In this document: positions 54,416 to 63,282 of the stretch, in pieces | Layout: every line of letters starts with the position of its first letter | How positions within the stretch are numbered: position 1 is the first letter of the stretch | From: Candidatus Hydrogenedentota bacterium | Lineage (GTDB): Bacteria; Hydrogenedentota; Hydrogenedentia; Hydrogenedentales; SLHB01 | Length of the DNA: 64,000 nt | Direction: 5' to 3' | NCBI GenBank assembly: GCA_045863335.1 | Contig: BTVY01000015.1 | Location: 53,511 to 117,510, forward strand | Translations under genes and position numbers: made by a program | The notes under the pieces: generated by a model | The model's input: the letters and a program-made list of their open reading frames with translations, nothing else | Told to the model about the DNA's origin: nothing | Database searches by the model: none

Positions 54416-55768
54416 ATGAGCCTTACCATGAACCGCCGCAGTTTCCTCCAAACCGCCGCCGCTTCCGCCGCATTCGCCGCCTACGGTGCGAAGGCCGCGG
54501 AACTTGCCGACGTCTCCGTCAAACGCGTCGGCGTCATCGGCACGGGCTGGTACGGCAAGAGCGACGTGTGCCGGTTGATCCAGGTGGCCCCGGTCGAGGT
54601 GGTTTCCATCTGCGACGTGGACGCGAACATGCTGCAAGGCGCGGCGGAACTCATCAGCCAGCGGCAGAAGTCGGGCAACACGCCGCGCACGTACCGCGAC
54701 TACCGCGACATGCTTGCGGAGAAGGATCTCGACATCGTGTTGATCGGCACGCCGGATCATTGGCATGCCCTTCCTGCGATCGCGGCCATGGAAGCCGGCG
54801 CCCACGTGTACCTGCAAAAACCCACGGCCGTCGACGTGCGCGAAAGCGAGACCATCCTGGACACCGCGCGGCGGCTCAACCGTGTCGTGCAGGTGGGAAC
54901 GCAACGGCGGAGCACGCCGCACCTCATCCACGCGAAGGAGAACGTCGTCGATGCGGGCCTCTTGGGCAAGGTTGCCCACGTCGAGGTGTGCTGCTACTAC
55001 CACATGCGGGCGAACGAGAATCCACCGCCCATACCGGTGCCTGATTTCCTCGATTACGAGATGTGGACCGGCCCTGCGCCGATGCGGCCCTACGTGCGTC
55101 TGCCCCACCGTGGCTGGTGGCGCGCCTTCATGGAGTATAGCAACGGCATCGTCGGCGATATGTGCGTGCACATGTTCGACGCGGTGCGATGGATGCTCGA
55201 TCTGGGTTGGCCCACGCGCATCGCCTCCAGCGGCGGCATACTTGTACAAACCGAATCCGCCGCGACGACCAGCGACACGCAGACCGCCACCTTCGACTAC
55301 GATGACCTTACCGTCACCTGGCAGCACCGGTCCTGGGGCGACGCGCCCGATCCGAAGTATCCATGGGCATTGACCCTTTACGGCGACAAGGGCACGCTCA
55401 AAGCCAACATCGAACAGTACGACTTTGTCCCGCGCGGGGAGGGCGAGCCGATCCACCAGGATTGTTTATTCGAGCGGGAGGAGTATCCCGAGGATCTGCA
55501 AGAGAAGGACATCGAACTCCAGGCCGCTCCGGCCACGCGGCGGCACATGATCGATTTCATCAATGCCATCGAAACCGGAGGCCGCCCCGTCGCCGATATC
55601 GAGCAGGGACACATTTCCTCGGTGAGCTGCATCCTCGCGAATCTCGCCATGAAAACCGGCCGGACGCTCGCCTACGATCCGACGACGCGCGAAATCACCG
55701 GCGACCCCGAGGCCACCGCCTTGCTGCAACGGCCATATCGAGGTCCATGGCAACACCCCGCGGGGTAA
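54416..55768 (+). CDS. Tat-exported Gfo/Idh/MocA oxidoreductase
   Basis: NRRSFL; GTGWYG; GTPDHWH; VYLQKP; GTQRRS; DMCVHMFD. Confidence 0.9.
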   Translation: MSLTMNRRSFLQTAAASAAFAAYGAKAAELADVSVKRVGVIGTGWYGKSDVCRLIQVAPVEVVSICDVDANMLQGAAELISQRQKSGNTPRTYRDYRDMLAEKDLDIVLIGTPDHWHALPAIAAMEAGAHVYLQKPTAVDVRESETILDTARRLNRVVQVGTQRRSTPHLIHAKENVVDAGLLGKVAHVEVCCYYHMRANENPPPIPVPDFLDYEMWTGPAPMRPYVRLPHRGWWRAFMEYSNGIVGDMCVHMFDAVRWMLDLGWPTRIASSGGILVQTESAATTSDTQTATFDYDDLTVTWQHRSWGDAPDPKYPWALTLYGDKGTLKANIEQYDFVPRGEGEPIHQDCLFEREEYPEDLQEKDIELQAAPATRRHMIDFINAIETGGRPVADIEQGHISSVSCILANLAMKTGRTLAYDPTTREITGDPEATALLQRPYRGPWQHPAG

Positions 55769-55802
55769 CCGGTAGAATACGAATACGACGGTTGTCACAA
55801 AG

Positions 55803-55954
55803 AGAACATCCCCCTTGCCCCCTTCAAAGGGGGAAAGACGCAACGCTTTGCGTTGCGGGAGAACCAACGGCAACTCGTATTAGGCTGTCTCTCAAGAATG
55901 ACCCAAGTCGTCAAGTAGGCGATTCCCCCTTCGAAGGGGGCAAGGGGGATGTTC
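55803..55954. repeat. Uninterrupted CCCCCTT-N-AAGGGGG inverted-repeat element
   Basis: AGAACATCCCCCTTGCCCCCTTCAAAGGGGGAA ... TTCCCCCTTCGAAGGGGGCAAGGGGGATGTTC; same family as 50272. Confidence 0.85.
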
Positions 55955-55998
55955 CGGGAAGTGCTCGCGTTGGCTGGTGAATGTGGAAGAATGGGGGC

Positions 55999-56062
55999 AG
56001 TTACCTTTTCGTTGCTCCGGCATAGAAATCCTTCACGGCGACTCAAAAACGAAAAGGTAACT
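55999..56062. repeat. Short inverted-repeat element
   Basis: AGTTACCTTTTCGTT ... AACGAAAAGGTAACT, a perfect 15-bp inverted repeat with a 34-bp spacer. Confidence 0.7.
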
Positions 56063-56066
56063 ATCT

Positions 56067-57302
56067 CTACTTTTCCGCCATCTGCACGGCGGCCCCAGTT
56101 GATAATATTTGCTCGATCTCGCCTTCCGAATAGCCAAGTTCAGACAACACCGCTACCGTGTGCTCGCCCAGCGCTGGAGCCGGTCCCGGCGGTACTTTTG
56201 GAGCGCCGTTCAACTCCATGGGACTGTTGACCGTCCGCGCGCGTCCATGTCCGGGAAGATCCAACTCAACAAACACGTCATTCGCGGCCATCTGGGGATC
56301 GTCGCCCACTTCCCGATTGTTTGCCACGCGCGCGAAAGGAATGTCGTGCGCGTCCAATGTTTGTGTCCAATAGACCAGGTCATGCTGCGCGAAGACCTCG
56401 TCCAGCGTCGCGATCAACTCCGTCATGTTCTTCAATCGTGCCTCGACGGGGTTGAACCGCACGTCTTCCAGCAGGTCCGGGCGTCCGATGGCGCGGCAGA
56501 ATACGGGCCAATGCTTCTTCTGATCCACGATTGACAACTTGAACAGCCTGCCGTCGCCCGCTCGGTAATTGATGTACGCAAAGCTGTAAAACGTGTCGCG
56601 CGGAATCATCTTGGGTATCCGCGCGCCGCACAGCATCCCCTGCAGTTCGGATGCGTTGGCCCACGCGCCGCAGGCCAGCAGCGAGGTAGACACCTTCGTG
56701 CCGCGGCCCGTCTTTTCCCGGGCGTAGAGGGCCATCATGACGCCCGCGAGCAACGCCATCCCGCTGGGATGATCGCCGGCTCCGTAGGGAAACGGTCCAC
56801 CCAGCCACCCCTCCTGCGGAAAGATGCGATCCTCGATGCCGGAGCGCGCCCAATAGCAATTCGCGTCGTAGCCCGGCTTGTGCGCGTCCGGACCTTGTTC
56901 TCCGTAGCCGGAGACACACGCGTAGATCAGGCGCGGATTGATCTCGTTCAGTTTCTCATACGCGAGTCCCAGTTTATCCAGCGCCGATTGCCGGAAATTC
57001 GAAGTAAACACGTCGGCCGTCGCAACAAGTTTGAGCAGGATCTCCCGGGCCGTATCTTGCTTGAGATCCAGGACGATGCTCTTCTTGTTCCTGTTGTCCA
57101 TCAAGAAGACATAGGGGATTTCCGAAACCGGCATGCCGGGGAGATTGTGGGTGAGCCGGCTGATGTCGCCGGTTCCGGGAGATTCCACCTTGATAACGTC
57201 GGCGCCGAAATCGGCCATCACCGCGCCCGCCGATGGGACCAATACCATCGTCGCTACTTCAATGACCCGAATACCGTCCAATACATTCGTCGATTCCGAC
57301 AT
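56067..57302 (-). CDS. CaiB/BaiF class III CoA transferase
   Basis: L.GIRVIE, DFGADVIKVE.P..GD, NRNKKSI.LDLK, GYG..GP....PGYD, P.LGEHT. Confidence 0.92.
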   Translation of the reverse strand: MSESTNVLDGIRVIEVATMVLVPSAGAVMADFGADVIKVESPGTGDISRLTHNLPGMPVSEIPYVFLMDNRNKKSIVLDLKQDTAREILLKLVATADVFTSNFRQSALDKLGLAYEKLNEINPRLIYACVSGYGEQGPDAHKPGYDANCYWARSGIEDRIFPQEGWLGGPFPYGAGDHPSGMALLAGVMMALYAREKTGRGTKVSTSLLACGAWANASELQGMLCGARIPKMIPRDTFYSFAYINYRAGDGRLFKLSIVDQKKHWPVFCRAIGRPDLLEDVRFNPVEARLKNMTELIATLDEVFAQHDLVYWTQTLDAHDIPFARVANNREVGDDPQMAANDVFVELDLPGHGRARTVNSPMELNGAPKVPPGPAPALGEHTVAVLSELGYSEGEIEQILSTGAAVQMAEK

Positions 57303-57531
57303 TGTGCTTCCTTTCGAACAGTAGCACGCGCGCATCAGTTCATTGTGCCACGCTCCGGCAACGCAGCATCACCCCCTCACGGGATTCCCCATCCATACGA
57401 ATTCGAGCAAAACCACAGCGCCAATTGCAAAACAGTAGGTTGGCGGTGATGCCGCGCCCATAGTATTATTTCGGTGGCAACGCTTGGCCAGCATCGGCCC
57501 AAACAAGGATGATAAAGGAACTGAAACAGTC

Positions 57532-59172
57532 ATGAAGAACCTCCGTGTTACCAGCATCGCGGGCCTCGTTGTACTTTCGCTTTCGTCTGCGCTTGCGGTA
57601 TCCGAGGAAGGGCAACGCATCGAACTTCATGCCATTCCCTGGTCGATTGATGGAAACCCTATTCTGGGGACCTACGGCGCCGAACGGTTGGAGGATTTGG
57701 AACGCGTAAAAGACGCTGGAATGAACCTGGTCCTTGGAGGACTACAGGAGCTCGATCCGGCGACTCCACAGGGCGCGTTTTGTGCTGAGAACGGCATCAA
57801 AGTGCTGCCTCATGTGACCTCGTTCCTGTATCACGGCGTGACATTAAGCGCCCCAATCACCGCGGATCAAACCACTATACCGATCCATCTCGCGCGGGGC
57901 CTCATCAACTCCGAATCCCGAGTCGTTCAGCTCGACGACGAATTGATCCGCTACGATGAAATGACCGGCGCTGCCTTGGTGAATTGCGAGCGGGGCTACG
58001 GCGGCACGCGACCCGCCAGCCATCGGGAAGGCATGATCCTCTTCTGGCCTGAAGACTGTCGCGCCGAGATCGATCGGATTAAGGACTCGCCCAACTTGTT
58101 CGGGTATTACGTGCTCGATGACAGCCCGGGTGACGCGGTCTCGGCGCTCCGCGCCATGTATCGGGTCATCCGTGAAACGGACCCCAAGCCGAATCACTTG
58201 GTGTGCGCCGGTTTCGGAGACGCCGGTTCCATCGCCAACCTTGCCCCCGGCGTTTGCGACATCATGTTTATCTACTGGTATCCCGTCAGCACTACCCGGT
58301 ACGACCGGGAACGCACTGCCCTGGAGGTTCAGCAAATGCTGACGGCGGCGCGCAAATGCGTTCCCGGGATTCCTTTTGTGGGAATTTACCATGCCTTTGA
58401 TGGGCGCATGGCCCAGACCGGCCAGGGAGTACCCACGCCGGAGCAACTTCGCGAGCAGTTGGAGGACTACGTCCGCGAAGGGGCGAGCGGACTGGTCGCG
58501 TACCTCTGCCATCACGATCGGCTGCCGGGATGGGCCGACCTGGAACCACTCGGCATGGTAGTCAAGCGCGCCAACCTCGAAATTCTGGAGACCGGCGGTC
58601 TCCTGGTACGCCCCGAAACGCCGGCCATGAAACAACAGCGAATTCAGCCCGTGGGGCACTGGGAAACGCCGCGACCCCTCCCCGGTTATGTACCCGCATG
58701 GCATGTGACTGCGCCTTTCGAGGATACAACCGGCGCCGATCTCGACGCTCCCGTCCCTCCCGAAACCAACATCGATCCGAACGGCATCTACCCTGTAAAA
58801 AACGGTAAAGCGGGCTGGCGAGTTCGGGAGACCACCTGCGGCACGCTAGGCCTATCCCAGTTGTACGGCGCAGGCGATATTGCGTACGCCTATTGCGACG
58901 TGACCAGCCCGATCGAGCAGACCGTGCAGATGCGTATCTGCACGGATGACGACGGCTGGGTCCGGATCGATGGAGAAGAGGTATACCGCTTCGAGGGCGC
59001 ACGCGGACTTGAGATCGACAAAGACATCGTGCCGGTAACGCTCCCCAAGGGGACCTCACGCATCGAGGTCAAGAGCAATAACCGCGCCGGCATGTGGGGC
59101 TTCTTCATGCGATTCACGGATATGAACGGTGATCCCCTGGAAGGCTTACGTTTCGAACCCGAGACCCGGTGA
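57532..59172 (+). CDS. Secreted glycoside-hydrolase-like TIM-barrel protein with inserted domain and C-terminal PA14-like domain
   Basis: Signal peptide; G.N.V, GYY..DD, YWYP, GA.G...Y; C-terminal AYAYC...TDDDG.V.IDG...L.KG...I.VK. Confidence 0.65.
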   Translation: MKNLRVTSIAGLVVLSLSSALAVSEEGQRIELHAIPWSIDGNPILGTYGAERLEDLERVKDAGMNLVLGGLQELDPATPQGAFCAENGIKVLPHVTSFLYHGVTLSAPITADQTTIPIHLARGLINSESRVVQLDDELIRYDEMTGAALVNCERGYGGTRPASHREGMILFWPEDCRAEIDRIKDSPNLFGYYVLDDSPGDAVSALRAMYRVIRETDPKPNHLVCAGFGDAGSIANLAPGVCDIMFIYWYPVSTTRYDRERTALEVQQMLTAARKCVPGIPFVGIYHAFDGRMAQTGQGVPTPEQLREQLEDYVREGASGLVAYLCHHDRLPGWADLEPLGMVVKRANLEILETGGLLVRPETPAMKQQRIQPVGHWETPRPLPGYVPAWHVTAPFEDTTGADLDAPVPPETNIDPNGIYPVKNGKAGWRVRETTCGTLGLSQLYGAGDIAYAYCDVTSPIEQTVQMRICTDDDGWVRIDGEEVYRFEGARGLEIDKDIVPVTLPKGTSRIEVKSNNRAGMWGFFMRFTDMNGDPLEGLRFEPETR

Positions 59173-59202
59173 CGGCGTTGCTTTTTGGCGCGGACGTGCA
59201 GT

Positions 59203-60048
59203 TCATTTTAGGAAACGCACGCCGCCCAGGTTATTCATCTGCTTCAGAATCCAGGCTTGCCTCTCGCGCATGTACGCAGTCGGCTTGCGCGGATCGCGGG
59301 TGAGCGGACTGGGAAGAATGGACGCGAGCAAGGCCGCCTGTTCGGGCGTCAGGTCCGAGGCCGAGGTATCGAAGTATTCGCGGGCCGCGCTTTCAACGCC
59401 GTAAATCCCCGGCCCCAGTTCCGCCACGTTGACGTATACTTCCAGGATTCGTTGCTTCGGCCAGAGGGCCTCAATAAGTACCGTGAAGTACGCCTCGACG
59501 CCCTTACGCCAAAAGGATCGGATGGGCCACAGGAACACATTCTTCGCGGTCTGCTGGCTTAACGTGCTCGCGCCGCGGAGCTGCCCGTCATTCAAACGTT
59601 CTTCAATTGCGTTTCGGATCTCTTTCACATCAAACCCATGGTGATCGTAGAAGCGCTGATCCTCCGCGGCCAGAACCGCTACCAGGAAATGGGGCGAGAT
59701 GTCCTCGTAGTCGCACCATTCTTTGTCGACGGGGAATCCCTCTCCAAAATGGCGTAAGAGCATCAATCCGGTAACCGGCGGATTGATGTAGCGAAACGCC
59801 GCGGCCATTACGACCGTGATGAGCAACAGGAGAATCGCGCACTTCCAGACGATGGAGAATCCCCTGCGTAGCCACCTTCGCAGGAGTCCCGTCCCGGATG
59901 CAGCTTCCGTTGCGCGTCCCTTAGATCGCGTGGCGGGTGCCTTTTTACGAACCGCTTTCCTCGCCGGCGATGCACCACGCGGTTTGCCCGAGGCAGAAGA
60001 TTTCCTTCGTCGAGACGGGGTTGGCGCTTTCTTGCCGGTACGGCTCAC
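59203..60048 (-). CDS. mtgA: Monofunctional peptidoglycan transglycosylase (GT51)
   Basis: AAEDQRF..H.GFD, RGASTLSQQTAKN, RK..EA, ILEVYVN..E.G.GIYG; basic N-terminal extension. Confidence 0.92.
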   Translation of the reverse strand: MSRTGKKAPTPSRRRKSSASGKPRGASPARKAVRKKAPATRSKGRATEAASGTGLLRRWLRRGFSIVWKCAILLLLITVVMAAAFRYINPPVTGLMLLRHFGEGFPVDKEWCDYEDISPHFLVAVLAAEDQRFYDHHGFDVKEIRNAIEERLNDGQLRGASTLSQQTAKNVFLWPIRSFWRKGVEAYFTVLIEALWPKQRILEVYVNVAELGPGIYGVESAAREYFDTSASDLTPEQAALLASILPSPLTRDPRKPTAYMRERQAWILKQMNNLGGVRFLK

Positions 60049-60066
60049 AACGCGGTCAGACCCCGG

Positions 60067-60579
60067 CTACCACTGGTAGTTCCACTGCACGGGCCACTTG
60101 GGGCAGTCCGCCGTGCCGTAAAACTTACCCGTGCCGGAATCGAGCAAGGTTACATGCCGCCAGCCGGGTTTCTCCTGGTAGCTCGCCCAGTACCCGGTGT
60201 CCGGTTTGACCCGGCCGCTGTGAAACTGTTTGGACTTGAGTTGAAACCACTTCATCAACTCCTGCGCCCGCACGGGCCGCCCCTCGCTGCAACGTACCGT
60301 GAACAACGGCGAAGTCAGAAGTTCCGTATAACCCGCTTCAATGAACGCGTTGGATAGGTAGTGCGTGCAGTTGTGCTCTTTGAAGGTGTTCTTGTCTCCG
60401 CAGATGCAGCCTTCATGGTACGCCTTAGCCACCTCAGCCAACGTCGGCTGACCCGACTCCGAGGGGTCGAAGCTCACCTGCAACGGACGCTGAGAACCCG
60501 TCGCGCAACCGCTCACGACAACGGCGCACAGACCCGACAAAAGCAGGAGGGCCTTGCCCACGCTCCGCAACCTGAACAT
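60067..60579 (-). CDS. Lipoprotein with papain-like Cys/His amidase motifs (Tae4/NlpC-P60-like)
   Basis: Lipobox VSGC; NCTHYLSNA, VRAQEL..W and HV motifs. Confidence 0.55.
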   Translation of the reverse strand: MFRLRSVGKALLLLSGLCAVVVSGCATGSQRPLQVSFDPSESGQPTLAEVAKAYHEGCICGDKNTFKEHNCTHYLSNAFIEAGYTELLTSPLFTVRCSEGRPVRAQELMKWFQLKSKQFHSGRVKPDTGYWASYQEKPGWRHVTLLDSGTGKFYGTADCPKWPVQWNYQW

Positions 60580-60818
60580 GCTCGCCTTCCATATTTGGCA
60601 CTGAAGCCGCCGCCACCTCCCCTATATTGTATCTCGCAACACCCCAAACCACAAAATGATGCGTAGCCGGTATAACAGAAGAGAATTCCCTGCGCGTGGG
60701 AAGTGGTTCTTCGTCCCGAACAACCTATACCGATGAGAATAGGCCCGCGCGGGAGACAAGGGCAGCGGCCGCTGCGAAAGACTTGCCACAACGGGGGAAA
60801 AACGGTGGTATGCAAAAA

Positions 60819-60867
60819 TGGTCGGGGCGACTGGATTTGAACCAGCGGCCTCTTGACCCCCAGTCAA
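60819..60867 (-). tRNA. 3' fragment of tRNA-Pro(GGG); attachment site of an integrated element
   Basis: Minus strand TTGACTGGGGGTCAAGAGGCCGCTGGTTCAAATCCAGTCGCCCCGACCA contains the anticodon arm, T-arm and CCA; D-arm and 5' acceptor strand are absent. Confidence 0.88.
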
Positions 60868-60924
60868 ATCGCGTCGCGTCATAAGTCTTGTGATGACAGC
60901 ACGCGGAATGCGCCGCCTTGCGCT

Positions 60925-60959
60925 GACTGTATTCCTGACTGTATTCGCGACTGTACCGG
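60925..60959 (+). repeat. Three 12-bp-period direct repeats (GACTGTA core), candidate integrase arm-type sites
   Basis: GACTGTATTCCT GACTGTATTCGC GACTGTACCGG at 60925, 60937 and 60949. Confidence 0.65.
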
Positions 60960-61075
60960 CACTCCGAATCCCTCCTCCGCGCCCCTGCTTCACGCCGTCC
61001 TCGATGCAATCCGCAGACTGTCCAAGTATGAGCGCCGGGCGCTGATCGATCTGCTCGACCGTGAGGAGCAGGGCC

Positions 61076-61495
61076 ATGAGTAGACCACGACGCAAAGACG
61101 GCGCGGCGCCCAAATCTTCGAAGAGGGGAGCCCGGCCGGCGCGGAGCAGGGCTGCCGCTGCGCGGAAGTCCCGGAAGCACGACACGTCCGATGCCGGGAT
61201 GCCTGATCCGGGCACGTTCGAGAGTGACGTCGTTAACGAGACGGCGGATGAGGGCCTCCTCGCCTTCGGACTGAACCCCGGGGAATCACCTGACCAGATG
61301 TTGCAGCGTGAATGCATCCGGACGTTGCAGGAGCCAGGTCTGAAACCGCACGAACGGCTGAAGGTGATTCAAACGCTGGACAAGGTGAACGAACGGCTCG
61401 CCCGCGAAATCCCGCAGGATGATTGCGTGGATGAACTGCGGGCGTGGATACGGGAAACGCTGGAGGGCGGTCCCGGTCCGTTCTCGGATGCGTAG
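61076..61495 (+). CDS. Hypothetical island protein (basic N-terminus, helical C-terminus)
   Basis: GAGGAG RBS before ATG 61076; coding-like sequence. Confidence 0.6.
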   Translation: MSRPRRKDGAAPKSSKRGARPARSRAAAARKSRKHDTSDAGMPDPGTFESDVVNETADEGLLAFGLNPGESPDQMLQRECIRTLQEPGLKPHERLKVIQTLDKVNERLAREIPQDDCVDELRAWIRETLEGGPGPFSDA

Positions 61496-61515
61496 ACAAC
61501 ACGGGAGAACGTGTC

Positions 61516-61767
61516 ATGCAGATGCTATCCACCAAACACCGGACCGTCACGGGGTACGACTTCACGAAGGACAAACCCCTGATCCGAAGCCGGGCCATTC
61601 GGCAGAAGTGCCGGGAGTGTACGAATAGCCAGCAGGCCGAGATACGCCGATGCCAGATGACTGACTGCCCGTTATGGCCGTGGCGTTTGGGCAGAAGGCT
61701 TCGTCCCGGCGAGGAAACGCTCCACAGAGCGAATTCAGCCACGAACGCGGTCCCGGTCGACATCTGA
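61516..61767 (+). CDS. Small phage-type four-Cys (Zn-binding) protein
   Basis: GGAG RBS; AIRQKCREC...EIRRC...CPLWPWR.G motif seen in phage/MGE proteins. Confidence 0.7.
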   Translation: MQMLSTKHRTVTGYDFTKDKPLIRSRAIRQKCRECTNSQQAEIRRCQMTDCPLWPWRLGRRLRPGEETLHRANSATNAVPVDI

Positions 61768-62047
61768 TACCACCCCAAACCTGATCGGCCCGAATGCGCG
61801 CCGTAGTGCCGCAGGGCAGCCCCCTTGACGATGGGCGCCCATTCGGACGCTGGCCAGCCGTTGACATAGCCTCGATATCTGACAACTCGTCGGCGTGTGC
61901 CGCACCCCCTGCTATCAGCCCCCGTACTGCATTCCTGCCCGAAGTCTGCCGGCCGGATTCGGACACGGCGCGATCATCTGCGGACATGTGGAGCGGTGCT
62001 GCCATACGCCGACGGGCGGTAACTGCTTTCCCACGAACGGCGATTTT

Positions 62048-62234
62048 CCCCGAATGGGGATCGAATCCCCCCATATCCGCCCCGCATGGGGATCAAATCG
62101 GTCGTGTATCTCTGTGTGGGTGCCTTTTCGCCTAAGCTTTCGGGAAAACTTCCCGGAAGCCATCGCCTTGGCATCCCGCATGGCATCCGGTAAGGCATCC
62201 CGGAAGCCTTCGCGAAGCCATACCAGATGCCTTT
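62048..62234. repeat. Non-coding repeat cluster: two 20-bp direct repeats plus an 11-12-bp phased array
   Basis: CCCCGAATGGGGATCGAATC (62048) and CCCCGCATGGGGATCAAATC (62080); G(G/C)C(A/T)T units at 62159, 62170, 62182, 62194, 62206, 62217, 62229. Confidence 0.6.
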
Positions 62235-62322
62235 AAACCGATTGTCCGTGGGGAGTTGTGCGATAGAGACAAGTCGGCGGCGCAGGACACCGCCCGTGTC
62301 TACGCCGCCTGTGCCAGTCGGC

Positions 62323-63279
62323 TTACAGGCCGACTTTGGCGGAGAAGTTGGTCAGGAACCGCTCGCCTTCACGCCGGTACTTGTTCATGACGGTACGGCT
62401 TCGGTGTCCTGATTGTCGCATAATGTCCGCCTCGGGGACACCTTCGCGGTAGCCTTGGGTCACGAATCCGGCCCGGAGCGAGTGCCCGGAGAATTGTTCC
62501 GGGGACAATCCGATCCGCTTCGCAGCCCCCTTGACGATTCGGGAAATGGCGCGGTCCCCAAGTCGACGGGGCAGGACTTCTCCCGCGGGTGACACGGCGC
62601 GGAATACAGCCCCCTTATCGATGCCGGCAATCTCCAGCCATTTCAGGATCGCTCGTACGGGGCAGGTGTCCTCGTGGGCGCCGTAACCGATGTCCTTGGT
62701 TTCGGGTTCGCCGGTTTGGTTGGTCTTGCTCCTGCGGACGGTCACGACTACGCCTTGGGGCCGGAATTCCAGGTCCTCCACGTCCAGGGCTACCAGTTCG
62801 GAGCGCCGGAACGCGCCGGCCAGTCCCATGAGCAGGATCGCCTTGTCCCGGAGCCCCCTGGGCGAGTCGTCCAGCGCGTTCACAGCTTGCCGGACGTGCT
62901 CGACCAGGAGCGGTGCTGCCTGTCTCTGTACGGTTCCCAACGTTCTGCGGATTCCCTGCATGGTGGCCCGGACAAGGGGTGCGCCCGCCGGACTGGCGAG
63001 TCCCGCGGACTGGTGCGCCACGGAGATCGAAGCAAGGCGGCGCTGTAGGGTCGCGGGTTTGTGGGTCTCGGCGTGGTCGCTGATATACCGGGCCACGGTA
63101 TCAGGAAAAGCGGGGAGAGAAGTCTCCCCCCGCTCGCTGCACCATGTCTCAAAGTGCGTCCAGTCGGCGGCGTAGGCCTTCCGGGTGTTCCCGGCCTTAG
63201 ATGCTTCGATGAATCCCTTCACGTGGGCGTCAAGGGGCACCAGTGCCGATTCTTCGATGTGTTGAATCTCGTGCGTCAT
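62323..63279 (-). CDS. Tyrosine recombinase, Cre-like/simple type
   Basis: NTRKAY.ADW..F..WC core-binding domain; FRRSEL, RSKT, HSLRAG, SGHRS and KY give the complete R-K-H-R-H-Y set. Confidence 0.92.
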   Translation of the reverse strand: MTHEIQHIEESALVPLDAHVKGFIEASKAGNTRKAYAADWTHFETWCSERGETSLPAFPDTVARYISDHAETHKPATLQRRLASISVAHQSAGLASPAGAPLVRATMQGIRRTLGTVQRQAAPLLVEHVRQAVNALDDSPRGLRDKAILLMGLAGAFRRSELVALDVEDLEFRPQGVVVTVRRSKTNQTGEPETKDIGYGAHEDTCPVRAILKWLEIAGIDKGAVFRAVSPAGEVLPRRLGDRAISRIVKGAAKRIGLSPEQFSGHSLRAGFVTQGYREGVPEADIMRQSGHRSRTVMNKYRREGERFLTNFSAKVGL

Positions 63280-63282
63280 CGC

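Noticed and set aside
60819-60895. Complete tRNA-Pro gene
   Set aside because: Sequence beyond 60867 cannot form the D-arm or the 5' CGGGGCG acceptor strand; only the 3' fragment is present
60853-61083. 76-aa ORF starting in the att core, possibly fused to another gene on excision
   Set aside because: In-frame TGA at 60838-60840 inside the duplicated core prevents read-through; TTG start lacks an RBS and the CxxDC periodicity comes from the 12-bp DNA repeats. The C-terminal helix could still be a real short peptide.
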